A stretch of DNA of 64,000 nt from Rhizodiscina lignyota. Its lineage: Eukaryota. Positions 35,239 to 46,447 of the stretch are shown in pieces (the first letter of the stretch is position 1; the number at the start of each line of letters is the position of its first letter). The notes beneath the pieces were generated by a model. The model was not told the DNA's origin. It worked only from the letters and a program-made list of their open reading frames with translations, and searched no databases. The position numbers were made by a program, and so were the translations under genes. The stretch is taken from positions 1,488,001-1,552,000 of the forward strand of contig ML978128.1 of the NCBI GenBank assembly GCA_010015805.1. Direction: 5' to 3'.

Positions 35239-37113
35239 TCAATACGTGAACGACTCCTCAAAAAAATCAAGACTACACTCAGACATTCTCACTCTTGCTG
35301 CAGCTCTCACGCTATCCGCAAGCGCACCAGGTCCACAAACAGTGACGGCCATCGCGCCCACGCGCCCCCGAACCTCTTCATTTACGACAGCAGTCGCATC
35401 GCACCGCGATCGCCGAACCTCTGCCCAGTACGGTACGGGCTTAGCATTGCTGAGCTCAGCATTCTTCTGGGAGACGTGGACGACTATCCTCAAGACGTCC
35501 GCTGCGCCATAGATATCGAGTATTTGCTCCACCCAGCCCCGGATCCACTCCAGACTCTCAGTCGATGGTACCGCCCATATCAGCCTGAGGCGCTGGATCG
35601 ACGCTGTGCCGTTGGCATGCCTGATGACGAGGTCGCGTACGTAGGGAAGCTGATGAGTTATACCAACGCCACCCGCGAAGAGGACGACAGTACCGTATGA
35701 GTGTAGCGAAGGTGCGGCACCATACGGACCTTCAACTAGCGCCCAAGCCTGATAGACACGTCCGAAAGACTTAGTAGCTAGGCCATGGATACGACGTGTG
35801 AAACCGTTCCTGGCGCGAACGACGAGCGAGATTGTGGATGATTGCGAAGTCGATAGGTTTGGGGACTTTTCGAGGTTGTGAATAGATATGGGAAGTTTGC
35901 CCTCCGCTCCTGACGAGGTCTCACACAGCGTGGTCTCTGCAGTGATTGACGTTTCATCATCGGACCACGCCACCGAGAATGGGTGTGAATTAAAGAGTGA
36001 AATGCGCGGAATGTACAGATGGATGTGTGCACCTGTCCGTGGCTGCCATGGACGGCCAAGTCGCAATGTTACGCGACTCGCATCTCCCGGGAGCGCCTGG
36101 ACTGTGACTCGAGCGATTGTGCGACCGTTGAGGCTGAAGTATGCGATTCGAGTAATACGAAGTCCAAACTCAGTTACAAGGAGCGCGAAGATGATGTACA
36201 TCCATGGTAGCTGTGGAAGATCGTGATAGAGGAGGTGAAGATACAAAGCAAGCATGCTGAGGCCAGTCGCTGGACGATGAATGGCGAGAAAGATGCCATA
36301 TGAGGCACGACGGATTGGGGACCAGGCTTGGAGCCCAATCAACAGGAACAAGACCGAGGACACCATTGCCCAGCGGTATAACAGCGATGAATCCAGAGCG
36401 AGGGAAATCCCGTGGCCACCGCCCGCTGCGTACGTATTACAGAGCCAGCATATGACATGCATAAGACTCTCCACGATCATTATCCGAGCCATCCACCTGT
36501 GACAAAAGTTGAATGCATCGAAGCTGATGCCGAGGAGCCAGATCAGAGGATTATTTCGAAGCGCAAAAAGAACTGTGAAGATTAAATTGAATATTGCTAG
36601 GTGGCCTGAACGGCCGCGGAGAGCTGCGGTGTTGGCATGAACGTCGCTTTTCCATGGAATGACGAGGCAAAACGCAATATTGCAGAGGATATAGCCTCCG
36701 AGAAGCAAAGATTGGTATCTGGAAGCGATCGTGCCGAAACTCAAAACCTTCGAGAGCTGTATATCCCGACTATGACGAAGTCTCCAAAGAGGTGCGTCCG
36801 CGTAATGTTTTCGGAGAACTACCAGCCAGGGAAAATAATTACGCTCCCAGAAGGCTTGTTTTTCGGGTGTCCCTGCAGTAAGCATTCGGCGTACGGCTGC
36901 ATGGAGCATCCGCCAAATTCGGAAGACAAAGGTGACCATGACGACCCCAAGGAAACCAAAGAGTAGTACCGTCGAGGCAAGCCAGTTTCCCGACTGATCT
37001 GTTCCCGTCATGCCATGAGCGAACTTGAACGCGTCGTTAGAAACAATTTCGTCGTGGATATCGTTAAAGTCTGACGCCGCCGGGTTTGTCATAGTGGCAA
37101 TGGTACCTGACAT
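35239..37113 (-). CDS. Ferric/cupric reductase (FRE family) transmembrane component
   Basis: Multiple TM helices with paired His (CHRW...MHV; IHR...LHL), HPFS, EGPYG, AGGVGIT, VCGP and terminal EESFTY. First in-frame ATG is at 37113; the start is uncertain. Confidence 0.92.
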   Translation of the reverse strand: MSGTIATMTNPAASDFNDIHDEIVSNDAFKFAHGMTGTDQSGNWLASTVLLFGFLGVVMVTFVFRIWRMLHAAVRRMLTAGTPEKQAFWERNYFPWLVVLRKHYADAPLWRLRHSRDIQLSKVLSFGTIASRYQSLLLGGYILCNIAFCLVIPWKSDVHANTAALRGRSGHLAIFNLIFTVLFALRNNPLIWLLGISFDAFNFCHRWMARIMIVESLMHVICWLCNTYAAGGGHGISLALDSSLLYRWAMVSSVLFLLIGLQAWSPIRRASYGIFLAIHRPATGLSMLALYLHLLYHDLPQLPWMYIIFALLVTEFGLRITRIAYFSLNGRTIARVTVQALPGDASRVTLRLGRPWQPRTGAHIHLYIPRISLFNSHPFSVAWSDDETSITAETTLCETSSGAEGKLPISIHNLEKSPNLSTSQSSTISLVVRARNGFTRRIHGLATKSFGRVYQAWALVEGPYGAAPSLHSYGTVVLFAGGVGITHQLPYVRDLVIRHANGTASIQRLRLIWAVPSTESLEWIRGWVEQILDIYGAADVLRIVVHVSQKNAELSNAKPVPYWAEVRRSRCDATAVVNEEVRGRVGAMAVTVCGPGALADSVRAAARVRMSECSLDFFEESFTY

Positions 37114-38452
37114 GACTAGCGGATGAAGATTTGATATCCCACAAGCTTGATCCGTGTAGTTTAACAAAGAGACGTCAAGAACAGAAATTAATCAGGAAGC
37201 GATACGCATTGACAATGAAAGTTTACGAGGACACCGAATTTATACCCCATACCTTCATTATTCCGCTTCGTCTTCTGAACCTTCCAGTTTCTCTTGCTAG
37301 TTGCCGAAGCCGCAGTCCTGCAGGATCGGGAGCACATCGTATTACCCCCGTTCAACTTCTTCCGTGTAAAACTTGGTGGTGGCGTATCTGATATCCGATC
37401 TAGCACACTAGATGGTGTAGCTATGCTAGGTTACAACCGTGTCGTATGATCTCATTGGAGCATCACTCGTGTCCCACATGATAGTCGAAAGTGATGAAAT
37501 ATAAAAATAACCGCGACATCGAGTCGAACATTTATTCGTGCAGTCGGATATCACAAGCCGTCTTGACTCTGTACAGAAAGCCACAAGAAGATAATCATGT
37601 AGATTTCCTACTATATGATATTTAGCAGACCGTCTAGACGCTTTTGGGTCAGCCTTCTAGAAGCGGGTTTGCAGGCTTGAACCTCCGTATCGGATTGCAA
37701 CGTGAGTGGAAGCTGCGCCGAATGTCACTACGCGGGACTGTACGGCTGAAAACGTCGTATCGCCCCAAGCATAGTCCTACGATAGTATTGAACTACGGCC
37801 ATGGCAATGAAGCTCGACGCCGCTCCGAAAGTGTGGTGTAAACGCAAAGCTCTGATGCAAAGGTGAACTGCGGAAACGTGGAGTGACATCAACGGCAAAT
37901 TCCAGGTGCGTGACCCCCACCGGGCTTGGCACCTTTAGCAAGGATATCACTGGGCTTGCAAGACTCTGAGACCTATGAAATTATCGAATGTATAGACAAA
38001 CAAAGGATTCGTAAGAATTTTTCTTCAGCTGGTTTGTTGACGATTGTCAGATTGCTTTATTTATCGCGGTCACCTTGTAATGATCGGGAAAGAGCAAGGG
38101 CATCAAAGTTGGACTCCTCACCGGACGAGCGCTGTAACACGAATTCAGCCTTCTCTTGTGCTTTGATATTGAGCCTCAGCCTTCAGCTTTCGCCCTTCGA
38201 TGGGATTACGCCGTCCGCAGCTATCGGCACGCTCCGTCTTCACCTGAATGTCGCCTCGCTGACTGCTTTTTTGTGCGACTCGCTGTGGATACATTCTTAC
38301 GGCCACCGTGCAGGATTTCGGGGCGACTACGTCAAAGGGCCACTCGGAGGCGCGGAATGAGACGTGTAGTCTTGGCTTTGAGTCGAATCGCATTCTAGAA
38401 CAGTTCCAGGAGTGCAGGCAACGGTGCTATAGTTGCACGTGCCACGAGAAGC

Positions 38453-39180
38453 ATGCCTTCTAAGACGAGCGAGCTCGATCTGATCAGTAACAAGGCCAAT
38501 CTACTTAACGCCAACCTGCAGCAGATACTTGGTCGTGTGTCTGGCGCCTCATCGAGCGGAGATGGGAAGCACGACCAAGATAGAGAGGAGGATGAGGCCT
38601 TTGGGGCTGTATCGGAGCTGTGAGTGCCCATACTACCTCTATATCGAATAATATTGCTAACTGATAACTAAATAGTGGAGGTCTAGGCTCTCACAGGGAT
38701 ATTGCGGCAGAATTGAAGCAAAAGGCTCAATCCTCCGAAGACGGATTACGAAAGCAACTGCTGGGAAAGAATGCAAAGGCCGGTCTTCAAAGTACGGTTT
38801 CGAATCAAAAGCACAGTACCGTGTTATCAAGGACAGGCAAGAAACATCGCAATCATGGCCTCTCCAAGAGCGATGACAGCGACGAGGAAACGGGCCGTGC
38901 GTCAAGCTTCAAAAAGAAGCGCACTGCACCCAGGCAGACGAACCACGAGGCTCGTATGAGTACCGAAAAGCTCGACAAAGACCAGAGCTCGGAGGCGAAA
39001 GCTGAATATGACGCTGAACAAGGCTCGCCTTCACTCGCACTCCCTCACGAAGTACCAATGAAGCACAGACCGGCGATGAGCTATCTTGACGAAGTCCTCG
39101 AACAGAAAGCCAAGAAAAGGAAGAAGAAGAAGCGGAAGAATAATAGCGAGCATCAAGGCCCTTTGAATTCAAGTACATGA
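38453..39180 (+). CDS. Conserved fungal protein, DUF3245-like, 2 exons
   Basis: Exons 38453-38619 and 38676-39180 (GTGAGT...GCTAAC...TAG). Motifs ELGGLG, LRKQLLGK, SDEETGRAS, SYLDEVL and a Lys-rich tail. Confidence 0.78.
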
Positions 39181-39272
39181 TCGGTATGCCGATGAAGCGG
39201 GACCTTCCAGTCTATCTACAGCGCTTTTGCATCAAATTGTCAAACACAAAGCAAATGCTATCTGTAGCCAGA

Positions 39273-40567
39273 TCATTCTCTGACAATTAAACTAGCCATA
39301 CCCATTCCCGTCCCAATGCACATGCTGACAACGCCCAATTCCTGTCCTTGTCTCTCCATCTCAGGCAGAAGAGATGCTAGCTGTCTTCCTCCCGTCGCGC
39401 CCAGAGGATGGCCTAGAGCAATCGCGCCACCCTTCGGATTGACCTTGTTTATGTCGATGCCCAGCTTCTTCACACAATACACGGCCTGGCTGGCAAATGC
39501 TTCATTGATTTCCCAGATACCGATATCGTCCTTCGAAACACCGGTATATTCCAAGAGCTTTGGAATCACAACGGCAGGCCCAACACCCATCTCATCCGGC
39601 AGACACCCAACCACTTGCGTGCCTGCCCACTTGCCAATGATCGAAGAGGTCAGGCCCAATTCTGTTGCCGTGCTTCTTCTCATCATTAGCGCCGCCGCAG
39701 CTCCGTCGGACACTTGGCTGCTATTGCCTGCTGTGCTGCTTCCATCTGGTTTGAACGCGGGCTTCATGCCTGCCAGCTTCTCCGGGGTGCTTCCAGCCCT
39801 TATTCCATCGTCTTTCGTGACGGTAATTGTCTCTTCATTCTCGGGAACTTCAGGCTCTGGTATCCACCGCGTCGTGATCGGCACAATCTCGGCGTCGAAC
39901 AAGCCTTCCTGCTGCGCTTTGTGCGCCTTATTGTGCGACCAAGCGGCAAATTCGTCCTGCTCTTGTCTTGTAACCCCATATCTCTCCGCAACATTCTCGG
40001 CTGTCAGTCCCATGCTCATTATGCAATCTTTCGCATCTTTCACTGGGCTGTCCTTCAGCTCATTCCATAATTGTGTAGGAATTGCTCTCGAGCCGTAGTT
40101 TCGCGTCATGCTCTCCATACCTCCCCCAACACCGATGTCTATTTGTCCGACAGCTATAGAGTGCGCAATGCCTGTGATTGCCGCGAGACCGGACGAGCAG
40201 GCTCGATTGACTGTTTGAAATGCGGTATCGGGGGAGTATCCAACGTGCAGGGAAGCCATGCGGCCTGCTTTCGAGCCCCCTAGTTCGCTGAGGACGGTAC
40301 CAATTTGAATGTCTTGTATCTTTGCAGGGTCGAGATTAGGGTTCTTGTCTAGGGTGGCTTTTAAGACCTAGGTAAGCTGTCAGTATACCGCGTTATACGG
40401 GATCTGTGGATAATGCATACGCAGGCAAGCATTTCATGGTCGTAAGCGTGTCGGAGGCCGCCCTTCTTCGACCTTGTGACGGGGGTTCTGAGAGCAGACA
40501 GAAAGACCACATCGTTAGGATTCTTATGGAGAATGTTCTTCACGCCCTTTTGTATGAAGCCAGCCAT
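39273..40567 (-). CDS. 3-ketoacyl-CoA thiolase (peroxisomal POT1-like), 2 exons
   Basis: Exon 1 is 40567-40421; intron 40420-40368. Catalytic motifs NRACSSGL, EINEAF, GHPLGATG and CIGTGMG. Confidence 0.95.
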
Positions 40568-42367
40568 GGTGCTCCCTCTACACCTTGAGCTCTTACCAAT
40601 ATGCACCAGAGAATGTGAAATATACTGCTGTGATGGTTCAAATTAAGGAGAGAATTGAGTATGAAGAGACTGAACGCTGATCAGTAAACTTGCCACGCGA
40701 TTATTACATGGAGGACGCCAGGTCGGTCAACTTGCATATGTACGGGGAGATTATGGATGTTTACGGGAGCTTCAGGGCCATCGGCTGTTAATCGCGGAGA
40801 AAAGTGGCGGCTTCTCTTTCGGCAAGCCGATTTGGATGAATATTCTACCCATTCCACGTGACTTGGAAGAGAATGAAATTCCAAGTATTTGTAGCGGTCC
40901 GCCGTTGGCCTCTTGTATAATAAAGTCACCAGAGATGTCTGCCTCCGAAAAGGGGACAGCAGAATCGGTAGCCATAGCGACCAGGATAATCCAACTTCGC
41001 CACATCTGAAGCGTCGGTACGTTTGCTCAAGGGGGTGGGTGTCTTTTCTTAAGATCAGACGAAACCGAAGTTTTGCCGGCTTGCTTAGGATACTCAGCAG
41101 CTCAGCCTTCTGTGCAATGTTGCCTTGCCATGCTCGGCAGCGTCCCCGAAACATCTCCACATAGATGTTCCTGTCAGCTGTGCGGAGTTTAACCTCATAT
41201 CGCGTGCCTGAAGACCAGAGGCTGCATTAATTGAGCTTCCTGGGTCGTTCCGAACGTGCCCTTTCTTACTCTACCAAGATGGCCACTCGTGCGAGTTCGG
41301 AGGAACGACTTGCAGCATCTCATTCGCTCGATTGATAGCCTTGACAGATTGTGTTACGCATTTCCATCCCTTCTCCTAGCAGGACCAAATCTCACTTTAA
41401 CTTGGCCTTTCCTGATCGTTGCGGTGATTCGGCCGACGGGCCGACAACAAGAGTTAGGAATATCAGCCGGGTCGTGTTCAGAACTAAGATATGTCCAATC
41501 TGGTTCTATTCAGGGATTCTGTATCACTCCACTTTTCAGCATCTCATTCTCTACTCCTAAGGCTGTCGGAATACCGTAATTGCCGCCGTCCAGGGTCTAC
41601 ATTTTGCCCAATCGGGCAATAGTTTCGCACAGAGACCCCTCGTAAAGTGGCTTTGATCCCTCCATGGTATCATCTGCCTCTTAAGGCACTGTCATAGCCT
41701 CTCCGCATAGTCTCTGTCCCTGGCGGTTCCTTGTATCCCCGGACTTACTAGTGCCTGTGAGCAAACAACAAGATACGGTATACATAGTGTCGCTCGGGTC
41801 TCCTGTCCTGGCTTCACCCTATCTAAAACGCTTGGGCATATTCTCAGCACCTTCCTTCAATGATTTTTACGAACCTTTCGTGAGAATCGCAAATTTCCAG
41901 CACTACAACACGGCCCGGTATGGAGTCCACATTTACGTTGTGCAGTACGGTGCTCAGCTCAGTCTATTACTCTATATCTTTCAGCCCTGTCAGATACGGT
42001 CCACATTATCTCGTATACTCTCTCAAAATACTATTGTTAACTCTCTAGTTTGCTCACCTAAACCTTCCATTCGTTGGAATCATGAATATTGAAAGTCAGC
42101 AGCATAGGCATTGGACTTCGTGAGAATGTACACACCATGCGAATAGTGCTCACCATGGCTGTCCACGGCAGCCGTCCTGAAGGGAATCGTCGGCGTGTCC
42201 GTCAGAAACGTCTTCACTTTACAAGCTATTTCTCGAGTATAAATCAGCATCATCCTCTGCCACATCATGGCCTGCCTGGATCAATCTTGTTAAACGTCCT
42301 GTTCAATCTTTAAGCATACTTGCGTTTGTCGCTCCCATTCGATCCACAACCCTCGAAGACCTCAACC

Positions 42368-42855
42368 ATGAAGCCAACCACTCTCCTCGCCGGGCTCCTC
42401 CCCTTCATCGCCACCGCCTCCGCCGAGATCACCTTCCTCGTCAACTGCCACGCTGTCCAAAACGGCCAAAACTTCCCCTTCGCTGGCGCTATCTACTACG
42501 CAAACAACCCCTCCGGTGAAGTAAACCCGAGTACCTCGAACATCGCCATTAGCAACCCTGGCCCGAACGCCTGGAAGAGCGGCAACTCAGGATACGCCAT
42601 CTTCCCCAGCACAGGCGAGGTGTTTAACGTCGGCCCATTGGACCAGACAGTCCGCGGCGTTGGCAGCGTTGCAGGGACCGCGCATAATAAGGAGAAAACA
42701 TGGACGTGCAGGAATGATGATGAAAGTGAATTGTTCAATAACGGGTTTATTAGCTGCAACAAGGACTATTACTGCCAGCCGGTAAGTCTGAGACTGCCTC
42801 GCTCACATCGACGGCATTGCAATGAGAACGAGATGCTAATTCGAAATCTCAGTAG
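42368..42855 (+). CDS. Small secreted 4-Cys protein (138 aa), candidate effector
   Basis: Signal peptide MKPTTLLAGLLPFIATASA; Cys in VNC, WTC, ISC, YYC. Intron 42782-42852 (GTAAGT...GCTAAT...CAG) is followed directly by TAG. Confidence 0.8.
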
Positions 42856-43861
42856 AGCTAGACTCTTGGACGTGAAGATAGGTTAATCGACGGCCTAATG
42901 CGGAAGCGCTGACAAGTTTGTCATCATGGGATGCCCGTCTATATTCCGAAGAACAAGTGCGAACGAGACCAGGGGCTTGGGAAGTCAGCAAATACATCAC
43001 TTAGCTCATCTAAAAAAAGCAAATGTCACATCCCCGACCGGTATACCGTTCACCGATGCAGTGAAATCATCACAGCCGCTCGCCAGATAAAATCGTAGTT
43101 CAAGTCTATGGATCGAACCATGGCGCAAACTATGTCTGAACTGTACGTTTAATGCGCGTCCAAGAGTGGTGTGTTATTAGAGATTACGGTGTACCTGCCG
43201 TGACCAGTCCCATTCCCAGCCTGCCAGCGAGCCAAAAAAGATAAGAGGCCCGACCCAAGGAGAGCCCAAGGAGCACCGTAACAGAAGTATAAAGAGTAGC
43301 GAAGGGTATCTCATATTCAATTGAGCAACTCCATCCACTCCAACTCTTGCAATTGCTTCTTGCTTTATGCTGTCGCTCGCAAACGCCATCGCTTCAATCC
43401 AATATTTTCAAATCCAACGCTCAATAAAGCTCCCTCGTCCGTCTTCTCGCGCCGGAGTTACACCAATCACACTGCTCACACACATTAGTAAGTCTATTTT
43501 GGCAAACGGAGAGGACTGCGAAGACCAAACACGCGGCAAAGGCCACATACCCGCTCGAGGTTCGAGCCCTCGTTGTCGACGAGACAGTATCCGGTGCCGC
43601 AGATCTTGCAGATGCGGCTATAATACGAGGAGCATTCGGCGCACTGCAGCTCAAATCGTCAGCCTCTTTTCACGGTTCTAGAGATGAAGCATGCGATATT
43701 CATCAAACTTAATGAAACGGTGGAAACGTACGGTCGGGCCGCAGCCAAAGCACTCCCTCTTGGACCCCATCTGCCTCTTCAGAAAACAAAAGGTCAGCCA
43801 CATCTGATCCCAAAAGCTCTTTCGCCATGCCTGGTAGATCTCAATCCCAACCCGCTCCTCC

Positions 43862-45328
43862 TCACGTTCCACCCTCCCCCATCTCATTCATCAAGAGATC
43901 TGCAACCAGGCACTGTCGAACACAGAAACCCATATGTACCTTGATGTCCTGATTTCCTTGCGCTCCACCTAGCCATCCCTGACTCGGATCATCCATGATT
44001 GCGGCGGTGAATTGCACTTGTCCCATTGGCGCAGCATAGCATGACTCATCCCACCAGACATTGCAGCGCTCGCACCAGCGGGAGCGCAGACAGTCTTCGC
44101 AGCGCGCGATGAAGCGCGGCGCCTCGGAAACGCCCGTTGAAGGAATCTGTGCCGCCCGCACGGTCGAGGCATGCAGCGGCACCGGCGCGAGAAGAGGTAT
44201 CTCACTCCTCCTGCACTCTCCGAACACCGCTCCTCCTTCCACGCAGTCTCCGCATTCCGCACACCCTTTCAGCGACACCGTCGCAATTGCTGGCGGCAGA
44301 TACCCCTGAGTCGCCGCCTGCCCAGGCGCCGCAACCGGTCCTCCAGCTGTAACTGTCATTGAGACGTCGTGCCGTGGCCCTCGGCACAGCACCGCATCGA
44401 ACGCGATTATGCCCTCGCATGCCGCAATGAGCTCTGCCCACTCCGCCCATTCCGTTGCTTTGTGCCGTGCTTTCTTCAGCACCCTCCCACTGCCTGAATA
44501 CCACTTCTCTCCCTGTCCTTGCTCGAGCGCCGCAGCACTGCGAGCATTCCACTCGGCGCCCAGTTGTGCGCCCTGTGCGCGCATGACGCTGTTGCTTGAG
44601 CTCTGGGTGGGCCATGGGGTCTGATACTGTGAGGATGTTGCCGAACGGTCCAGCAGAACCGGAGGTGGAGGCTTCGCGTCCTTTGGGCCGAAAACGTAGA
44701 GCCCCTTTAGTCTAGGTGTGCCTTCGGGCCGCCCAGGACGAACAGCGTACCGGAGCAGCTGCCGGAGCTTCCGCTCGTTTAGGTGCTTCACTTCTCTGAT
44801 TGAAAGAATCCGGACATTGAATCTGTCCTCTGCGATAATCTCGCGAACGAGATCTGTAGGAACCGTCAAGCCATCAAGAATCAGTGTCGAGACAGTCGCG
44901 AGGATGTTGTTATTGCGTGGTGACGCAAGGCGGTTGAATATCCCCAGTAATGGGCCAGAGTAGAACTCATCCTCCGTGAGCGCCTCGTCCATGCGCTGGC
45001 TTCGCCATGCATTCCCACCAATGTCAATAGGTGCGATATCTGCCGCCGCATTGGCTGATTTGCACGTCGAAAGGTCGAGGTAGCGCAATGTGTCTGGCGA
45101 AGAGAACAGTAAAGTATGAAAGCGGCTATTTGTCCTTGCGAGCGCGAAGAGGGATGCTACGGGGACATGTGGCGCCGTATGATGGAGGATGAGGCTGTTT
45201 GAGAGAAGGTCTAGGAGCGGTATCGGCAGGGGAGCAGGACGCGCAGGAGATGAGCGGCGTGAGCAGCATGGCGAGCTACATGTTGAGGGCGGAGAAGGCG
45301 CTGTGAGTTCTAGGAATTGGCCAGGCAT
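43862..45328 (-). CDS. Conserved fungal protein with an F-box-like N-terminal segment and a Cys-rich C-terminus
   Basis: LLDLLSNSLIL...LFALARTNSRF is F-box-like; CAEC, CEDC, WCERC and WDESC clusters. Start may be ATG 45328 or ATG 45427. Confidence 0.8.
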   Translation of the reverse strand: MPGQFLELTAPSPPSTCSSPCCSRRSSPARPAPLPIPLLDLLSNSLILHHTAPHVPVASLFALARTNSRFHTLLFSSPDTLRYLDLSTCKSANAAADIAPIDIGGNAWRSQRMDEALTEDEFYSGPLLGIFNRLASPRNNNILATVSTLILDGLTVPTDLVREIIAEDRFNVRILSIREVKHLNERKLRQLLRYAVRPGRPEGTPRLKGLYVFGPKDAKPPPPVLLDRSATSSQYQTPWPTQSSSNSVMRAQGAQLGAEWNARSAAALEQGQGEKWYSGSGRVLKKARHKATEWAEWAELIAACEGIIAFDAVLCRGPRHDVSMTVTAGGPVAAPGQAATQGYLPPAIATVSLKGCAECGDCVEGGAVFGECRRSEIPLLAPVPLHASTVRAAQIPSTGVSEAPRFIARCEDCLRSRWCERCNVWWDESCYAAPMGQVQFTAAIMDDPSQGWLGGAQGNQDIKVHMGFCVRQCLVADLLMNEMGEGGT

Positions 45329-46447
45329 TATGCGAGTTCGTAAGATACCGATTTGGGATGGTTGTGGGGTTGTTGAGTAGGTGTGAGCTGGTGGTCGGAG
45401 TCGGTGAGGATGAGCACCGATGGACAAGAATGAAAGATTAAGAGGTCTACTCCGTACAGAAGAGCTAAGCTATTAGCAGGAGGAGAGATACAAACACGAA
45501 CAGAATTGTCCAGGCGCAAACAGACAGCCAAGAGGGTTGGCGCACGTTGCCCGCTGAAAGGCAAGGTGCGGAGTTGTTGGAAGTCACAGTGTGCGTGGAG
45601 ATGCAGCAGCGATTGCTTTTTCTCCTTCCCCAGCTTTCCCAAGCAGACAGGCCAAGCGAGGATTTGAGCTTTCTGCTCGCGTCGCACGCGGAAGCTTGGG
45701 GATCCGTGTGATTTTTTGGCGATGGTGTAATTATTAGTGCTCCCGCCTCCCGCAGAGCCCGTTAAATGTGGTGGAGTTCCACGACGCGATTCACACGTCG
45801 ATCCCCACTGATGACTCGCGTGATCTACTATTACTCCCGCGAGTGCCGTATCATGCCTGGCTCACGACACTGTAAGCGCGGTGTAGGCCATGATGAGTGA
45901 ACTGCTCTGATTCACTGAGCCGGGCGAGCCGCAAGCTATGTACGGAGTAGCTCTTAAGCGGCGAGGACTCAGGAGCAGGTTGCACCGCAGATTTGGGTCG
46001 ACTCGGCGGGATAGGTGGCGTTGACGAGCCAAGTTAGAGAGGTATTTGCAGTTTTGGAGGTGTAATCAGAGCCCCAGCTGTATTTAAAGAATCGATCGTG
46101 CTAAGGCCAATAGGATCTGCTCGCTCAGAGAGTAGCATAGCTGTATTAATTTTGCCAAGTCACTATCGCAAGATGACGTGTAATTAAAGCCACTAGCGTG
46201 CCAAGACCTTTGCACGCCCCGGCCGAATGCAATGCAGGGTCCAGCAGGATGCGGCCAATGACATACATGTCCGTCTCGTGCTTGCTAATGCTCCACTGCC
46301 TTCTCGAAGCTTCAGATGTATAGGTAAACAACTTCACGATAACGCCAAGGTTGAGTACTGTAATCCACTTCCTTTCATTTATTCAGATGCTGCAATAGTA
46401 CGGACCTCATCTTAGATACCCTAGATTTGCTTTCCTTTGCAATCACC

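Noticed and set aside
31201..37113. Secondary-metabolite biosynthetic cluster around the P450
   Set aside because: No backbone synthase, transporter or pathway regulator in the window.
39316..40098. Long antisense ORFs (also 5730-6416, 16588-17196, 28095-28745, 49683-50261, 60085-60624)
   Set aside because: Shadows of codon-biased genes on the opposite strand, with no recognisable motifs.
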